Assembly (NCBI GenBank): GCA_965216565.1
Contig: OZ244170.1
Location: 928,001-992,000 of the forward strand
DNA from: Bythopirellula sp.
GTDB taxonomy: Bacteria; Planctomycetota; Planctomycetia; Pirellulales; Lacipirellulaceae
Length of the DNA: 64,000 bases
Reading direction: 5' to 3'
The notes beneath the pieces were generated by a model, which was not told where the DNA came from, did no database searches, and worked only from the letters and a program-made list of their open reading frames with translations. Both the position numbers and the translations under genes were made by a program. This document shows positions 9,899 through 19,260 of the stretch, one piece after another (within the stretch, counting starts at the first letter, position 1; each line of letters opens with the position of its first letter).

Positions 9899-10543
9899 TC
9901 ACTTCACAATCGAAAACCCAAAGCTCGTCCGCGGGCGTCGACGGGCGTGGTGATAGTAACCGAAGTGCGGGCTGCAGTGCAGCGGACCACAAGGGGGCGG
10001 GCCGTAGTAGTGCTCTTCGACCACCACGGGCGGCGGAACCGAGGCGACGGCCGTGCGGGCCGGTGGGTTTTGCATGACGGTAATCACGTCGGTCGAGACG
10101 CCATTGTTATGCAGAAAGATTACGTCGTCGGCAGAGAGGGGCCGCTGGACGCCCGACGTGCGGACGTAATTCTTGATTAACTGCGGATCGACGCCCGTGC
10201 GCGTCATCGCTACCACTTCGTCCATGGTGGCTGCGCCCGACTGGACTTGTCGTCCGAGTTGGGCGGCAATCTCGGCCCGGTTACGCGCCTGCAATTCGTC
10301 CATCGACTCGCCAACAGCGGCGCCAGTTAGGGCACCGAGTCCGGCACCGATGAGCGCGCCTGTACCCGCACTGCCGCCGGTGGCGTCGCCAATAATTGCT
10401 CCCGCCCCGGCTCCCGCCAGGGCCCCTACTCCGGCACCGCGGTCGGCATAATAGGGCGAACGGCAACCAACACTCACAAGTGTCAAAGCAACAACCAGGT
10501 GCGCGAACGCATTGTTGCGACAGCGGGACTTGAGCCAAGACAT
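9899..10543 (-). CDS. Glycine-zipper lipoprotein
   Basis: ATG at 10543, lipobox LVSVG-C, GAGVGALAGAGAGAIIG / GALIGAGLGALTGAAVG zipper and a Pro/His/Tyr-rich tail. Confidence 0.8.
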   Translation of the reverse strand: MSWLKSRCRNNAFAHLVVALTLVSVGCRSPYYADRGAGVGALAGAGAGAIIGDATGGSAGTGALIGAGLGALTGAAVGESMDELQARNRAEIAAQLGRQVQSGAATMDEVVAMTRTGVDPQLIKNYVRTSGVQRPLSADDVIFLHNNGVSTDVITVMQNPPARTAVASVPPPVVVEEHYYGPPPCGPLHCSPHFGYYHHARRRPRTSFGFSIVK

Positions 10544-10751
10544 AGCAATACCACAGCAGGAGTCGACGGGTGAAGAAATTACGGGGCGGGAATGGTCCCA
10601 GTCCGCAGGGCAAGGGTCAATAGCGACCTGGTGCATTCGCTGGTTTGCCACAGAGATCACAGAGGGCACAGAGTCGGGGGGGATGTTGTGCTAGCCTTGC
10701 TGGTAGAACGGGTTAGTAGGCAGTCTGCTACCAGAAGAATTGCCAATATCG

Positions 10752-10903
10752 GAGTCTGTTTAGGGATTTAAATCGCGACTCACAAACTCAAAGCGAATTG
10801 TCACGCCGAGGTCTGCCGAGGGGTCTAGCCAGATTCCTCGGCAGACCTCGGAATGACAGCAACTGTCGTTGCTGAGTCCCGATTTAAGTTCCTGGACACA
10901 CTC
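10752..10903. mobile_element. Putative MITE with 31-bp terminal inverted repeats, carrying a REP-like hairpin
   Basis: GAGTCTGTTTAGGGATTTAAATCGCGACTCA and TGAGTCCCGATTTAAGTTCCTGGACACACTC are 25/31 complementary. No ORF inside. Confidence 0.6.
10799..10858. repeat. 60-bp palindromic REP-like element (TGTCA...CCGAG...CTCGGAATGACA), copy 1
   Basis: Long hairpin, 56/60 identical to 57625-57684. Confidence 0.85.
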
Positions 10904-11052
10904 AAGAAACTAGCCAGAAAGCAGCCCCGTTTTAATCTCTTTCATCTCTGTGAACTCGGTGGCTAATCTGCGAACTCGGTGGCGAATCGTTCATTCTATT
11001 CGTAAAGTGCAAGCCATTTGCCCAGAGTTTCGCAGCCATAGTCGGGTTGTGC

Positions 11053-11081
11053 TTGCATATCCAGCCGCCCCGGCGTACAAT
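11053..11081 (+). promoter_or_regulatory. Sigma70-type promoter of the met genes
   Basis: TTGCAT-N17-TACAAT immediately upstream of the riboswitch-like motif. Confidence 0.7.
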
Positions 11082-11091
11082 TTAGAGCAAC

Positions 11092-11134
11092 TCGGGATTT
11101 GTGGCCGCTTGCAGCCGACACTGCTAAAGAGCCA
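11092..11134 (+). ncRNA. SAM-II-class riboswitch aptamer (compact H-type pseudoknot)
   Basis: TCGG-GATTTG-TGGC-CG-CTTGCAG-CCGA-CA-CTGCTAAAG-A-GCCA. P1 is TCGG/CCGA, GCAG pairs with CTGC and TGGC pairs with GCCA. The GATTT, TTGCA and GCTAAA motifs match SAM-II as I recall it, and the element lies upstream of a Met biosynthesis gene. Confidence 0.75.
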
Positions 11135-11191
11135 ACGCCAAACACTGAAAAGTCAGTGCGAGGCAACAATTCAGCTAGCTGGTTTATCAAG

Positions 11192-11225
11192 AGCCGCATT
11201 TGCCGAGAGTGAATGCGGTTTTTTT
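11192..11225 (+). terminator. Leader intrinsic terminator (probable riboswitch expression platform)
   Basis: AGCCGCATTT...GAATGCGGTT hairpin plus T7, about 50 nt before the ATG at 11275. Confidence 0.75.
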
Positions 11226-11274
11226 ATTGCGCTATATTTCCGACCACTCCCCCCTGACCCCCTCGCCTCTCACT

Positions 11275-12525
11275 ATGAGCCAGCTCGAAATGAAAAACCC
11301 ACCCGGCGATACCCAACCCGATGGTGATTCTTCGACCAAGCTAGACCACGATAAATTCCCCGAGGATTTTTCGACGCTCTCGGTCCACGCCGGCGAAGCA
11401 CGGCAGAAGCCGGGCAACTCGATCACCGATCCGATTTTCTGCGCGTCGACCTATTCTTTCGAAAGCACGCAGGCGGTGATCGACTTCATCGAGCAAAAGC
11501 AAACCCGGGAGGAGTACGGTCGCTACGGCAATCCGGGGGAACGGATTGTCGAGCGCAAGCTGGCTGCACTCGAAGGTGGCGAAGATGCGGTGCTTTATTC
11601 CAGCGGCATGGCGGCGATCGTCGGGCTGCTGATGTCGAAGCTAAGCAGTTGCGACGAGGTGATATTCTTCGACGAATGTTATCACCGCAGCCGCGAGTTT
11701 TGCACCAAACACCTGTCACGCTTCGGCGTGGTCACTCGGCAGGTGCGTGCCTGCGACTACGAGGCGATGGAAGCGGCCATCACGCCGCACACCAAAATGC
11801 TCATCAGCGAGTCGCCCACCAATCCGCACCTTAGTTGCGTCGACCTCGGTCGCTTTGCCGACATCGGTAAGCGGCATGGCGTGGAAACGCTGATCGATGC
11901 CACGCTGGCGACGCCTTACAACCTGCGACCCATCGATGCGGGGATCGACTACGTTTTGCACTCGGCCACCAAGTATCTTGGCGGACACAACGATCTACTG
12001 GCCGGCGTGGTGGTCGGTACGACCGAGCAGCTCGAACCAGTTCGCAATCTGCGCGGCATCATGGGTGCGGTCAACGGGCCGCAGAATGTGTATCTGCTCG
12101 CTCGGGGGCTAAAGACATTCGAACTTCGCATGCAACGGCATAACGAAAACGGACAAAAGATAGCCGAGTTCCTGGAGAGTCATCCTCGCGTCGAGCGGGT
12201 TTATTACCCGGGGCTCGAGTCGCATCCGTATCACGAAGTGGCCAAGCAAACAATGCGTGGCTACGGCGGGCTAGTCACGTTTCTGGTGAAAGACGCCGAC
12301 TGGCGGCAAACAGCCAACATCGTCGACGCCGCGAAAATCCCCCGCATCGCCCCCAGCTTGGGCGGCGTGGAATCGCTGATCGAACAACCGCTCGTAATGA
12401 GCTATTACCAGTGCACACCCGAAGAACGCAAACAGTTCGGCATCCCAGACAACATGATCCGCTTGTCAGCTGGGGTGGAGAACTCAGCCGATCTAGTTGC
12501 GGATTTAGAACAAGCACTGAGTTAG
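11275..12525 (+). CDS. metB: Cystathionine gamma-synthase (Cys/Met PLP-dependent family, plant-CGS-like)
   Basis: [26 protein letters not shown] (PLP Lys) and IAPSLGGVESL. ATG at 11275. Confidence 0.8.
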   Translation: MSQLEMKNPPGDTQPDGDSSTKLDHDKFPEDFSTLSVHAGEARQKPGNSITDPIFCASTYSFESTQAVIDFIEQKQTREEYGRYGNPGERIVERKLAALEGGEDAVLYSSGMAAIVGLLMSKLSSCDEVIFFDECYHRSREFCTKHLSRFGVVTRQVRACDYEAMEAAITPHTKMLISESPTNPHLSCVDLGRFADIGKRHGVETLIDATLATPYNLRPIDAGIDYVLHSATKYLGGHNDLLAGVVVGTTEQLEPVRNLRGIMGAVNGPQNVYLLARGLKTFELRMQRHNENGQKIAEFLESHPRVERVYYPGLESHPYHEVAKQTMRGYGGLVTFLVKDADWRQTANIVDAAKIPRIAPSLGGVESLIEQPLVMSYYQCTPEERKQFGIPDNMIRLSAGVENSADLVADLEQALS

Positions 12526-12531
12526 TTTCTA

Positions 12532-12708
12532 ACCACAGAGGACACAGAGGACACGGAGATTGTCTTAAACAGGTTGCGATAGCGACACACTAAGCTGAAG
12601 GACACCTGATCGATCTATTTCTCTACTTCTTGAATTCAATCCTGTCGATCGGTCGAATCCCGTAATCCTGTCTTAACTATTCTCCATGCCCTCCGTGTCC
12701 TCTGTGGT
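12532..12708. repeat. Inverted-repeat element built from 9-mers, between the two transsulfuration genes
   Basis: ACCACAGAGGACACAGAGGACACGGAG and CTCCATGCCCTCCGTGTCCTCTGTGGT are 24/27 complementary. AATCCTGTC-type units lie inside. Confidence 0.8.
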
Positions 12709-12727
12709 AATTTGAACAAGAATAACC

Positions 12728-13885
12728 ATGAGCAATCAACGTTTCCGAACACGCGCTATCCACGTTGGCAACGAAAAGTGTGCTGAGACCGGCGCCGTTG
12801 TGCCGCCGTTGCATTTGGCGTCGACGTTCGTGCAACCGGGGGCCGGGGATTGGGGGGAATTCGATTACTCTCGCAGCGGCAACCCGACGCGGAAGAATTT
12901 GGAAACCACGCTCACTTCGCTCGAAAACGGGGTCGGCGCGCTCGCCTTTGCCAGCGGGATGGCGGCGACCCATTGCGTGGCAAGCATGCTTAGCGCCGGC
13001 GACCATATCGTTGCCGGCAGCGATATCTACGGCGGCACTTATCGTCTTCTGCACAAAGTTACCAACCGCGCGGGCATCGAAGTCTCGCTTGTCGACGCCA
13101 CCCAGCCCGAGCGATTAAGGGAAACGCTCACCCCGGCGACCAAACTAGTTTGGATCGAAAGCCCAGGAAATCCGTTGCTCTCCATCACCGATATCGCGAA
13201 ATGTGCAGAGATTGCGCATCAGCACGGGGCCTTGCTTGGCGTCGATAGCACCTTCGCTACGCCCGTTTTAACGCGTCCCCTGGAGTTGGGAGCCGATATC
13301 GTGATGCATTCGGCCACAAAATATCTGGGTGGCCATAGCGATTTGGTCGGCGGCGCGTTGGTGGTGAAAGATCAGCAGCTTTACGACGAATTATATTTCG
13401 TTCAAAACTCCACCGGCGCGATTATGGGTCCGCTGGAAGCATTTCTCTGTTCCCGCGGCATCAAAACTTTGGAACTGCGCGTCCGCGAACAATGCCGCAC
13501 CACTACCCAATTGGCTGAGTGGTTGAACCAGCACCCGCGAGTCGAACGTGTTCTTTATCCGGGCATCGCCACGCACCCAGGACACGAACTCGCCAGCCGA
13601 CAGATGGACGGGGCCTTTGGAGCGATGCTTGCCTTTGAAATCCAAGGCGACTATTCGGCAGCAAAGAGATTTGCGGAGTCGACCGAGTTATTCCAATTGG
13701 CAGTAAGTCTCGGGGCGGTAGAATCCCTCATCGAACAACCCGCCTCGATGTCGCACGCCAGCTACGACGCCGCGGACCGTGCGAAACATGGTATCTCCGA
13801 TGGACTCATTCGCTTGTCGGTTGGTTTGGAAGCGGTGGAAGACTTACGGGCCGACCTGGAATTGGCTTTTAGTAAAATGGATTAA
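12728..13885 (+). CDS. Cystathionine beta/gamma-lyase family PLP enzyme
   Basis: [30 protein letters not shown] and [11 protein letters not shown]. Confidence 0.88.
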   Translation: MSNQRFRTRAIHVGNEKCAETGAVVPPLHLASTFVQPGAGDWGEFDYSRSGNPTRKNLETTLTSLENGVGALAFASGMAATHCVASMLSAGDHIVAGSDIYGGTYRLLHKVTNRAGIEVSLVDATQPERLRETLTPATKLVWIESPGNPLLSITDIAKCAEIAHQHGALLGVDSTFATPVLTRPLELGADIVMHSATKYLGGHSDLVGGALVVKDQQLYDELYFVQNSTGAIMGPLEAFLCSRGIKTLELRVREQCRTTTQLAEWLNQHPRVERVLYPGIATHPGHELASRQMDGAFGAMLAFEIQGDYSAAKRFAESTELFQLAVSLGAVESLIEQPASMSHASYDAADRAKHGISDGLIRLSVGLEAVEDLRADLELAFSKMD

Positions 13886-13961
13886 ATTGATTTTTCACCG
13901 CTAAACCGCAAGCGATGAATTGAGCGATTAGCAACTAACGACTAACAACAAACAAAATCCT

Positions 13962-14873
13962 ATGCAACTAGGCTTCGTCAGCGCGATTTTCGGTGATCTT
14001 ACCTTCGAGGAAGTGCTGCGTCATGCCGCGGAGATTGGCTACGACTGCGTCGAGGTGATGTGCTGGCCGCCGGGCGGACCCGACCGCAAGTATGGCGGCG
14101 TCATGCATTTGGACGTCACCAACTTCACGCCCAGCAAGGCCGACGACACCCGGGCGCTCTGCGAAGAGCACGGTGTTTCGATCTCCGCTCTCGGTTATTA
14201 TTCGGTGCTGTTGTCCGCCGAGGCGGATCAAGCCCAAGCCGCACGGGAACATCTGCCTAAGGTCGTCGATGCCGCCGCCATGTTGGGGCTATCGACAGTC
14301 AATACGTTTGCCGGTGCCAACTATCAGCTTGGGCTGGAAGAAAATCTCAAGCTGTTTGCCGAGGTCTGGCCCGACCAGATTCGTCACGCGGAAGACAAGG
14401 GCATTCGCATCGCGATTGAAAATTGCCCAATGCTTTTTGAAAACACCTGGCCGTTCGGACTCAACCTGGCCCACTCCCCGGCGGTATGGCGACGGATGTT
14501 CAATCTGATACCCTCGGAAAGCTTTGGGCTGAACTACGATCCGTCTCATCTTAAAATGCAATTGATGGACCCCATCGCGCCGATCCGCGAATTTGGCCCG
14601 CGTATTTTTCACACGCACGCCAAAGACATGCTGGTCGATCCGCTTCGCCTGAACGACGTGGGATCACTCGCCCTGCCGATGGACCGCAGCATCGCGAGAA
14701 TCCCCGGCGCAGGCGACATCGATTGGCAAGCCTGGCTCGCGGCACTCACCGAAGTGGGCTACGATGGACCGGTGTGCGTAGAAGTGGAAGACGAAGAGTT
14801 CGAAGGCTCTCTCGACCTCCGACGCAAATCGCTAGAACTAAGCCACGCCGCTCTCCGGCCGTTGCTCACCTAG
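13962..14873 (+). CDS. Sugar phosphate isomerase/epimerase (xylose isomerase-like TIM barrel)
   Basis: IAIENCPM, GLNYDPSH, HTHAKD, PGAGDIDW and VCVEVED metal-binding motifs. Confidence 0.88.
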   Translation: MQLGFVSAIFGDLTFEEVLRHAAEIGYDCVEVMCWPPGGPDRKYGGVMHLDVTNFTPSKADDTRALCEEHGVSISALGYYSVLLSAEADQAQAAREHLPKVVDAAAMLGLSTVNTFAGANYQLGLEENLKLFAEVWPDQIRHAEDKGIRIAIENCPMLFENTWPFGLNLAHSPAVWRRMFNLIPSESFGLNYDPSHLKMQLMDPIAPIREFGPRIFHTHAKDMLVDPLRLNDVGSLALPMDRSIARIPGAGDIDWQAWLAALTEVGYDGPVCVEVEDEEFEGSLDLRRKSLELSHAALRPLLT

Positions 14874-14923
14874 CGAGCCGAGGCGTCCCCACCCCTGGCA
14901 GATTTGCAATTGATTGGTTCCCA

Positions 14924-15592
14924 TCACCTAAAGCTCACCGGCAACCCAAGCGCCGCTTCCAACCGCTCCAGGTAATCGTCTCTAGAAATCTCCAGCACCC
15001 CTAGCCGCCCTGTGTGCGGGGTCCATTGTTGCACGTCCAGAAGTTGATAGCCGCGCTGGTTGAGATGCTCCACCAATGTCGCCAGCGCGACTTTCGAGGC
15101 GTCGCGCGAGCGGTAGAACATGCTCTCGGCGGCAAAGAATCCGCCGATGCCGACGCCATAAGTTCCGCCTACCAGTTTGCCATCCTTCCATGCTTCCACA
15201 CTGTGGGCATGGCCGTGGGTGTGCAGATCGGTGTATGCGTCGATCATTTCGGCCGTCAGCCAGGTGCCCCCCTGTCGGCCCGGTCCCTTAGCACAGGCGC
15301 GAATCACTTTGCCGAAGGCTTCATTGAATGTCACGCGGAACTCGCCATTACGCATCCGGCGCTGGACCCGTCGAGAGACATACATTCCGTCCAAGGGGAG
15401 AATCGCCCGGGGATCGGGCGACCACCATAGCATGGGATCTTCCTCATACACGGGCCAGGGAAAGATTCCGTGACGATAAGCGTCCAGTAATCGATCAATT
15501 GTCAAATCTCCACCGATCGCAACCAGTCCATCCGGCGTAGAACTCTCCGGAGGCGGGAAAAACCGCGAAGGGGTGGCAGAGGAAGGGTCCAA
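14924..15592 (-). CDS. aat: Leucyl/phenylalanyl-tRNA--protein transferase
   Basis: GGDL...LLDAYRHGIFPW, WWSPDPR, GHAHSVEAW, ESMF..SRDASKVAL and LLDVQ. Confidence 0.93.
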   Translation of the reverse strand: MDPSSATPSRFFPPPESSTPDGLVAIGGDLTIDRLLDAYRHGIFPWPVYEEDPMLWWSPDPRAILPLDGMYVSRRVQRRMRNGEFRVTFNEAFGKVIRACAKGPGRQGGTWLTAEMIDAYTDLHTHGHAHSVEAWKDGKLVGGTYGVGIGGFFAAESMFYRSRDASKVALATLVEHLNQRGYQLLDVQQWTPHTGRLGVLEISRDDYLERLEAALGLPVSFR

Positions 15593-15772
15593 GAGTTTGT
15601 ATCTTAGGTTACTTGGCTAGTTGACTTTTGGGCAGAAAACCGGGGAACATAGTATAATCGAAACTGGCGACGGGCCCTGACGGCGGGCCCTGTTCCGTGG
15701 ACTCTGGGTTGAGACGAGTGTAGAGACGAGTGGGGATTTGCCCCTATTCGTCAGTAGGACTAGGAATTTCAA

Positions 15773-16963
15773 ATGCTCGATAATGATCAAGCTCCTTTGT
15801 TTCCGAACAAAACGGTCTCCACCCCTATTGTGGACCAGCAGCCAAAAACCGTCCAGCAAATTCAAGATCCGCTGCAGTCATCCCGTTTGGCCCGCTTGCT
15901 GCTGATTTTTGCCCTGTTGTTCATTGTGCTAGTAACGCCCTCGGTTGTCGAACGCGTTCAATATTCGATCACCGCGGCCAAGGAACGCGCCAAATACGAC
16001 GTGGCCAAGGAATATCAGGAGGATCTGAACCTCAATCAAGTCTCCAATGCGTCGCGGTTGCTGGCGAATTTTGTTGGCCCCAGTGTGGTTAACGTGCGAA
16101 CCAGCATGAGGACAGGCCATGGACAAGGTTCCGGCGTGATTGTCGATGATAGTGGTTACATCATTACCAACAACCACGTTGTTCGCGGAGTGAATTCGGT
16201 TGAAATCCAGCTCAGCGACGGTCGCCGTGGTTCGGCAACTGTGGTCGGACGCGACACCCTGTTGGACGTGGCCGTGCTGAAAACCGAGTTGGAAAACTTA
16301 GTTGCCGCCGAATGGGGCGATAGCGATCAACTTGATGTAGGCGACATCGTGTGGGCTCTCGGGAGTCCGTTTGGTTTGCAGAAAAGCATCACCTTTGGCA
16401 TTCTCAGCGCTAAGGAACGTCGGGGGATCAATCCTGGAAGGGATTCGATTTACCAGGAGTACCTACAAACCGATGCGGCTGTGAACCCTGGCAATAGCGG
16501 CGGTCCTTTGGTCAACACCGAAGGGCAAATTGTCGGCATCAACACGGCCATCATCGGCGATTCGTACCAGGGAATAAGTTTTTCCATTCCTAGCACGGTC
16601 GCGAAAGAAGCTTACGAAAAGCTTCGTACCGTTGGCTATGTGGAACGGGGTTACCTGGGCGTGGAGCCCCATCGAGTTTCCGACCGCATGGCACGTCGAT
16701 TGGGCATCAAACGAGACGAGGGCGTTCTGATTACTAAGGTGGAGCCAAACACACCGGCGCATGAGGCAGGCCTACAAATTGGCGACGTCTTGATTTCTTG
16801 GGATGGGGTCGCCTACTCCGATCCCACGGTGCTCAGCCAGGCGATTGCCGGCACACCAATCGGCACCCGCGTACCCGTGGAAGTGCTAAGGTATGACCAA
16901 AAAGAGGCTCAGGAGCTCGACTTAGAAGTGGTGGTTGCCCTGAGACCTAATCGCTCGCAATAA
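15773..16963 (+). CDS. HtrA/DegP-like membrane-anchored serine protease with one PDZ domain
   Basis: N-terminal TM segment, ITNNHVV, DVAV, QTDAAVNPGNSGGPL and a C-terminal PDZ. Confidence 0.92.
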   Translation: MLDNDQAPLFPNKTVSTPIVDQQPKTVQQIQDPLQSSRLARLLLIFALLFIVLVTPSVVERVQYSITAAKERAKYDVAKEYQEDLNLNQVSNASRLLANFVGPSVVNVRTSMRTGHGQGSGVIVDDSGYIITNNHVVRGVNSVEIQLSDGRRGSATVVGRDTLLDVAVLKTELENLVAAEWGDSDQLDVGDIVWALGSPFGLQKSITFGILSAKERRGINPGRDSIYQEYLQTDAAVNPGNSGGPLVNTEGQIVGINTAIIGDSYQGISFSIPSTVAKEAYEKLRTVGYVERGYLGVEPHRVSDRMARRLGIKRDEGVLITKVEPNTPAHEAGLQIGDVLISWDGVAYSDPTVLSQAIAGTPIGTRVPVEVLRYDQKEAQELDLEVVVALRPNRSQ

Positions 16964-16967
16964 TCTC

Positions 16968-17094
16968 AGAGATAAGAGATGAGTGTCCAGAGTCCAGAGA
17001 GACCTACGTAGGGTGTGCCAAAGCAAAGCGGCGGCACACCGTTTTGGTTGATTTGGTGCCCGACCAATCGGTGGGCCTGACGGCACCACCCCAC
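16968..17094. repeat. Heptamer remnant plus GTAG-type REP doublet
   Basis: GTCCAGAGTCCAGAG heptamers, then GTAGGGTGTGCC...GGCACACC and GGTGCC...GGCACCACCCCAC hairpins. Confidence 0.55.
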
Positions 17095-17201
17095 AGGTTG
17101 AATTTCAACGTAGCCTAGAGACGAGAAAAACAGTCGATTGCGTTTCAAAAACTAGATGTTTTTCGTCTCTCGACTAAAAAATCCAAAGGATTCCCTCCAA
17201 C

Positions 17202-19103
17202 GTGGCTTCCGATTTGCAGGATGTGAAGGAGCAAGTGCGACAGGCCACAGATATTGTGGAACTGGTCGGCAGCTACTCCACGCTGCGCCGCCAAGGAAGA
17301 AATTACGTAGCGCTGTGCCCCTGGCACGACGACTCGCGACCTAGTCTGCAGGTGAATCCCGATCGACAGTCATTCAAGTGTTGGGTGTGCGACATCGGTG
17401 GCGATGTGTTCAGCTTTCTCATGCGAATGGAAAGCCTAGAGTTTCGCGAAGCACTCGAGATGCTCGCTGATCGGGCGAGCATCGAGCTCAAGCCCACTCG
17501 CGGTTCGGGCGGCGAGTCGAGCGAGTTCGATCGCCGCAATCTGCTAGCGGCAATGGCTTGGGCTGAACGTCAGTTTTGTGAGTGCCTCGCCCACTCACCC
17601 GAAGCCCAGCCTGCCCGCGATTATCTTCGTGAGCGCGATGTCAGTAGCGAGAGTATTGCCAAGTTTCATATGGGCTTTGCCCCCGACCGGTGGGATTGGC
17701 TACTCGGCAAGGCACAACGCGAAGGCTATTCGCCGGCCGTGCTCGAACGAGTAGGTTTGGTCTCTCCACGCCAATCGGGCGAAGGTTTTTACGATCGCTT
17801 CCGTGGACGACTCATGTTTTCGATTCGCGATGTCCGTTCGCGTCCGATTGCCTGTGGAGGTCGTGTCTTGCCCGGCGTGGGGAAAAGCGATCCCGATCGC
17901 ACTGAGGCAAAATACACTGAGGCCAAATACATCAACAGCCCAGAGACGCCCCTGTTTAGCAAGAGTGCCGAGCTCTACGCCTTAGATGTGGCACGTGCTG
18001 GCATCACGCAAGAAAACGGGTTGGTCGTGATGGAGGGCTATACTGACGTCATCGCGGCACACCAGCATGGCATCGACAACGCGGTGGCAGTTTTGGGCAC
18101 CGCGTTGGGTGAACGTCATGTGGGTTTGATGCGTCGTTATACAGATCGCGTGACGTTGGTGCTTGATGGCGACGAAGCAGGTCAACGCCGCACCATGCAG
18201 ATCCTGGACGAACTGCTAGCACTCTTCGTAGAAAATGAAATAGATTTACGGATTCTGACCTTGCAATCGGGGTGCGATCCATGTGATGTTATTCAGACGC
18301 AAGGAAGCGACGCGTTTCGACAATTACTATCCACTTCGGTGGATGCCCTCGAACACAAGATAAACGCTGTGACCAACGGATTGGCATCGGCCCCAGGCAC
18401 TCATCGTTCCGCACAAGCGGTAGAGCAATTGCTCACGGCGCTGGCTCGTGCATTGCCCCAGCAACTGCTCAGCTCATCAGCCGCTTATTTGCGTGAGCAA
18501 CAAATCATGTCGCGGCTCTCGCGAGAATTCGGCTTGAGCGAAGAGGTGCTTCGCACTCGGCTCGCCGCCCACCGCCAAGAGTTGGCCACCAGCAACCGCC
18601 GCTCGCTCATCAGAGACACGCAGAGCGAAGAAAATACAGCACACCCCACGGCCCGCATTGAACTAAGTCCTTGGGAACGCGAGCTACTAGAGTTGCTCAT
18701 CCATCAGCCCGATTTCTTGCCTCGCCTGGCCCAGGACGTGGCCCCCGAAGACATTCCCAACGCGTCGTGCCGCATGTTTTACGCACGCGCATTGGAACTG
18801 ATGCACGATGGGCAAATTCCAACCTACGACGAATTGTCTCTCGTCACCGATAACCCAGCCGAGCAGAACTTGCTTGTGGATTGCGACGAAAGTGGCCGCG
18901 CCAAGCAAGACAGCGACGCCGATCGTCGCGTCGAAGATTTCTTGGCTTGGTTTGCAAACTCAAAAGAACAAACTCGCCAACAATCGCAGTTGGCAGAATT
19001 GAAACAACAGCGCTTGGATCCCGAGCACGAACAGGAGGTACTCGCAGAACTTTTTCACGACCTAAAGCGTCGTCAATCAGGTTCCACACCCACGGATGGG
19101 TGA
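17202..19103 (+). CDS. dnaG: DNA primase
   Basis: CHC2 finger CPWHDD..CWVC, YDRFRGRLMF, KYINSPET and the TOPRIM motifs MEGYTDV and LDGDEAG. Confidence 0.96.
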   Translation: MASDLQDVKEQVRQATDIVELVGSYSTLRRQGRNYVALCPWHDDSRPSLQVNPDRQSFKCWVCDIGGDVFSFLMRMESLEFREALEMLADRASIELKPTRGSGGESSEFDRRNLLAAMAWAERQFCECLAHSPEAQPARDYLRERDVSSESIAKFHMGFAPDRWDWLLGKAQREGYSPAVLERVGLVSPRQSGEGFYDRFRGRLMFSIRDVRSRPIACGGRVLPGVGKSDPDRTEAKYTEAKYINSPETPLFSKSAELYALDVARAGITQENGLVVMEGYTDVIAAHQHGIDNAVAVLGTALGERHVGLMRRYTDRVTLVLDGDEAGQRRTMQILDELLALFVENEIDLRILTLQSGCDPCDVIQTQGSDAFRQLLSTSVDALEHKINAVTNGLASAPGTHRSAQAVEQLLTALARALPQQLLSSSAAYLREQQIMSRLSREFGLSEEVLRTRLAAHRQELATSNRRSLIRDTQSEENTAHPTARIELSPWERELLELLIHQPDFLPRLAQDVAPEDIPNASCRMFYARALELMHDGQIPTYDELSLVTDNPAEQNLLVDCDESGRAKQDSDADRRVEDFLAWFANSKEQTRQQSQLAELKQQRLDPEHEQEVLAELFHDLKRRQSGSTPTDG

Positions 19104-19260
19104 GGTGATTGTCGACGAGAGAACACAAGAGTTACTGCTTCGCTAAAAACCCGCACGTAGCCACACCCCAGAAAGTGGCTCAATGACCCGCAGCGAACAG
19201 TCTCTTGAGTTCCAATCCGATTTACTTTCTCGAGCACATGAGGTGCCAGAGAGGTTCCCG

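Larger units (their letters stand above)
10647..10963. repeat. Inverted-repeat element built from 9-mers (CACAGAGxx); outer layer of a nested element
   Basis: Arms 10647-10673 and 10937-10963 are 21/27 complementary. Same family as 12532-12708. Confidence 0.7.

Noticed and set aside
11183..11200. TTATCAAGAG resembling the start of a SAM-I (S-box) riboswitch
   Set aside because: The rest of the SAM-I core is absent. The segment belongs to the terminator arm, and the SAM-II pattern upstream fits better.
11200..11274. ORF-track TTG start for metB at 11200
   Set aside because: It falls inside the leader terminator; the ATG at 11275 is more plausible.
10647..12708. 9-mer repeats considered as a possible CRISPR array
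   Set aside because: They are inverted arms, not direct repeats separated by unique spacers, and no cas genes are present.
15621..15658. TTGACT ... TATAAT upstream of the HtrA gene
   Set aside because: The spacing is 26 nt, too long for one sigma70 promoter; only the -10 element is credible.
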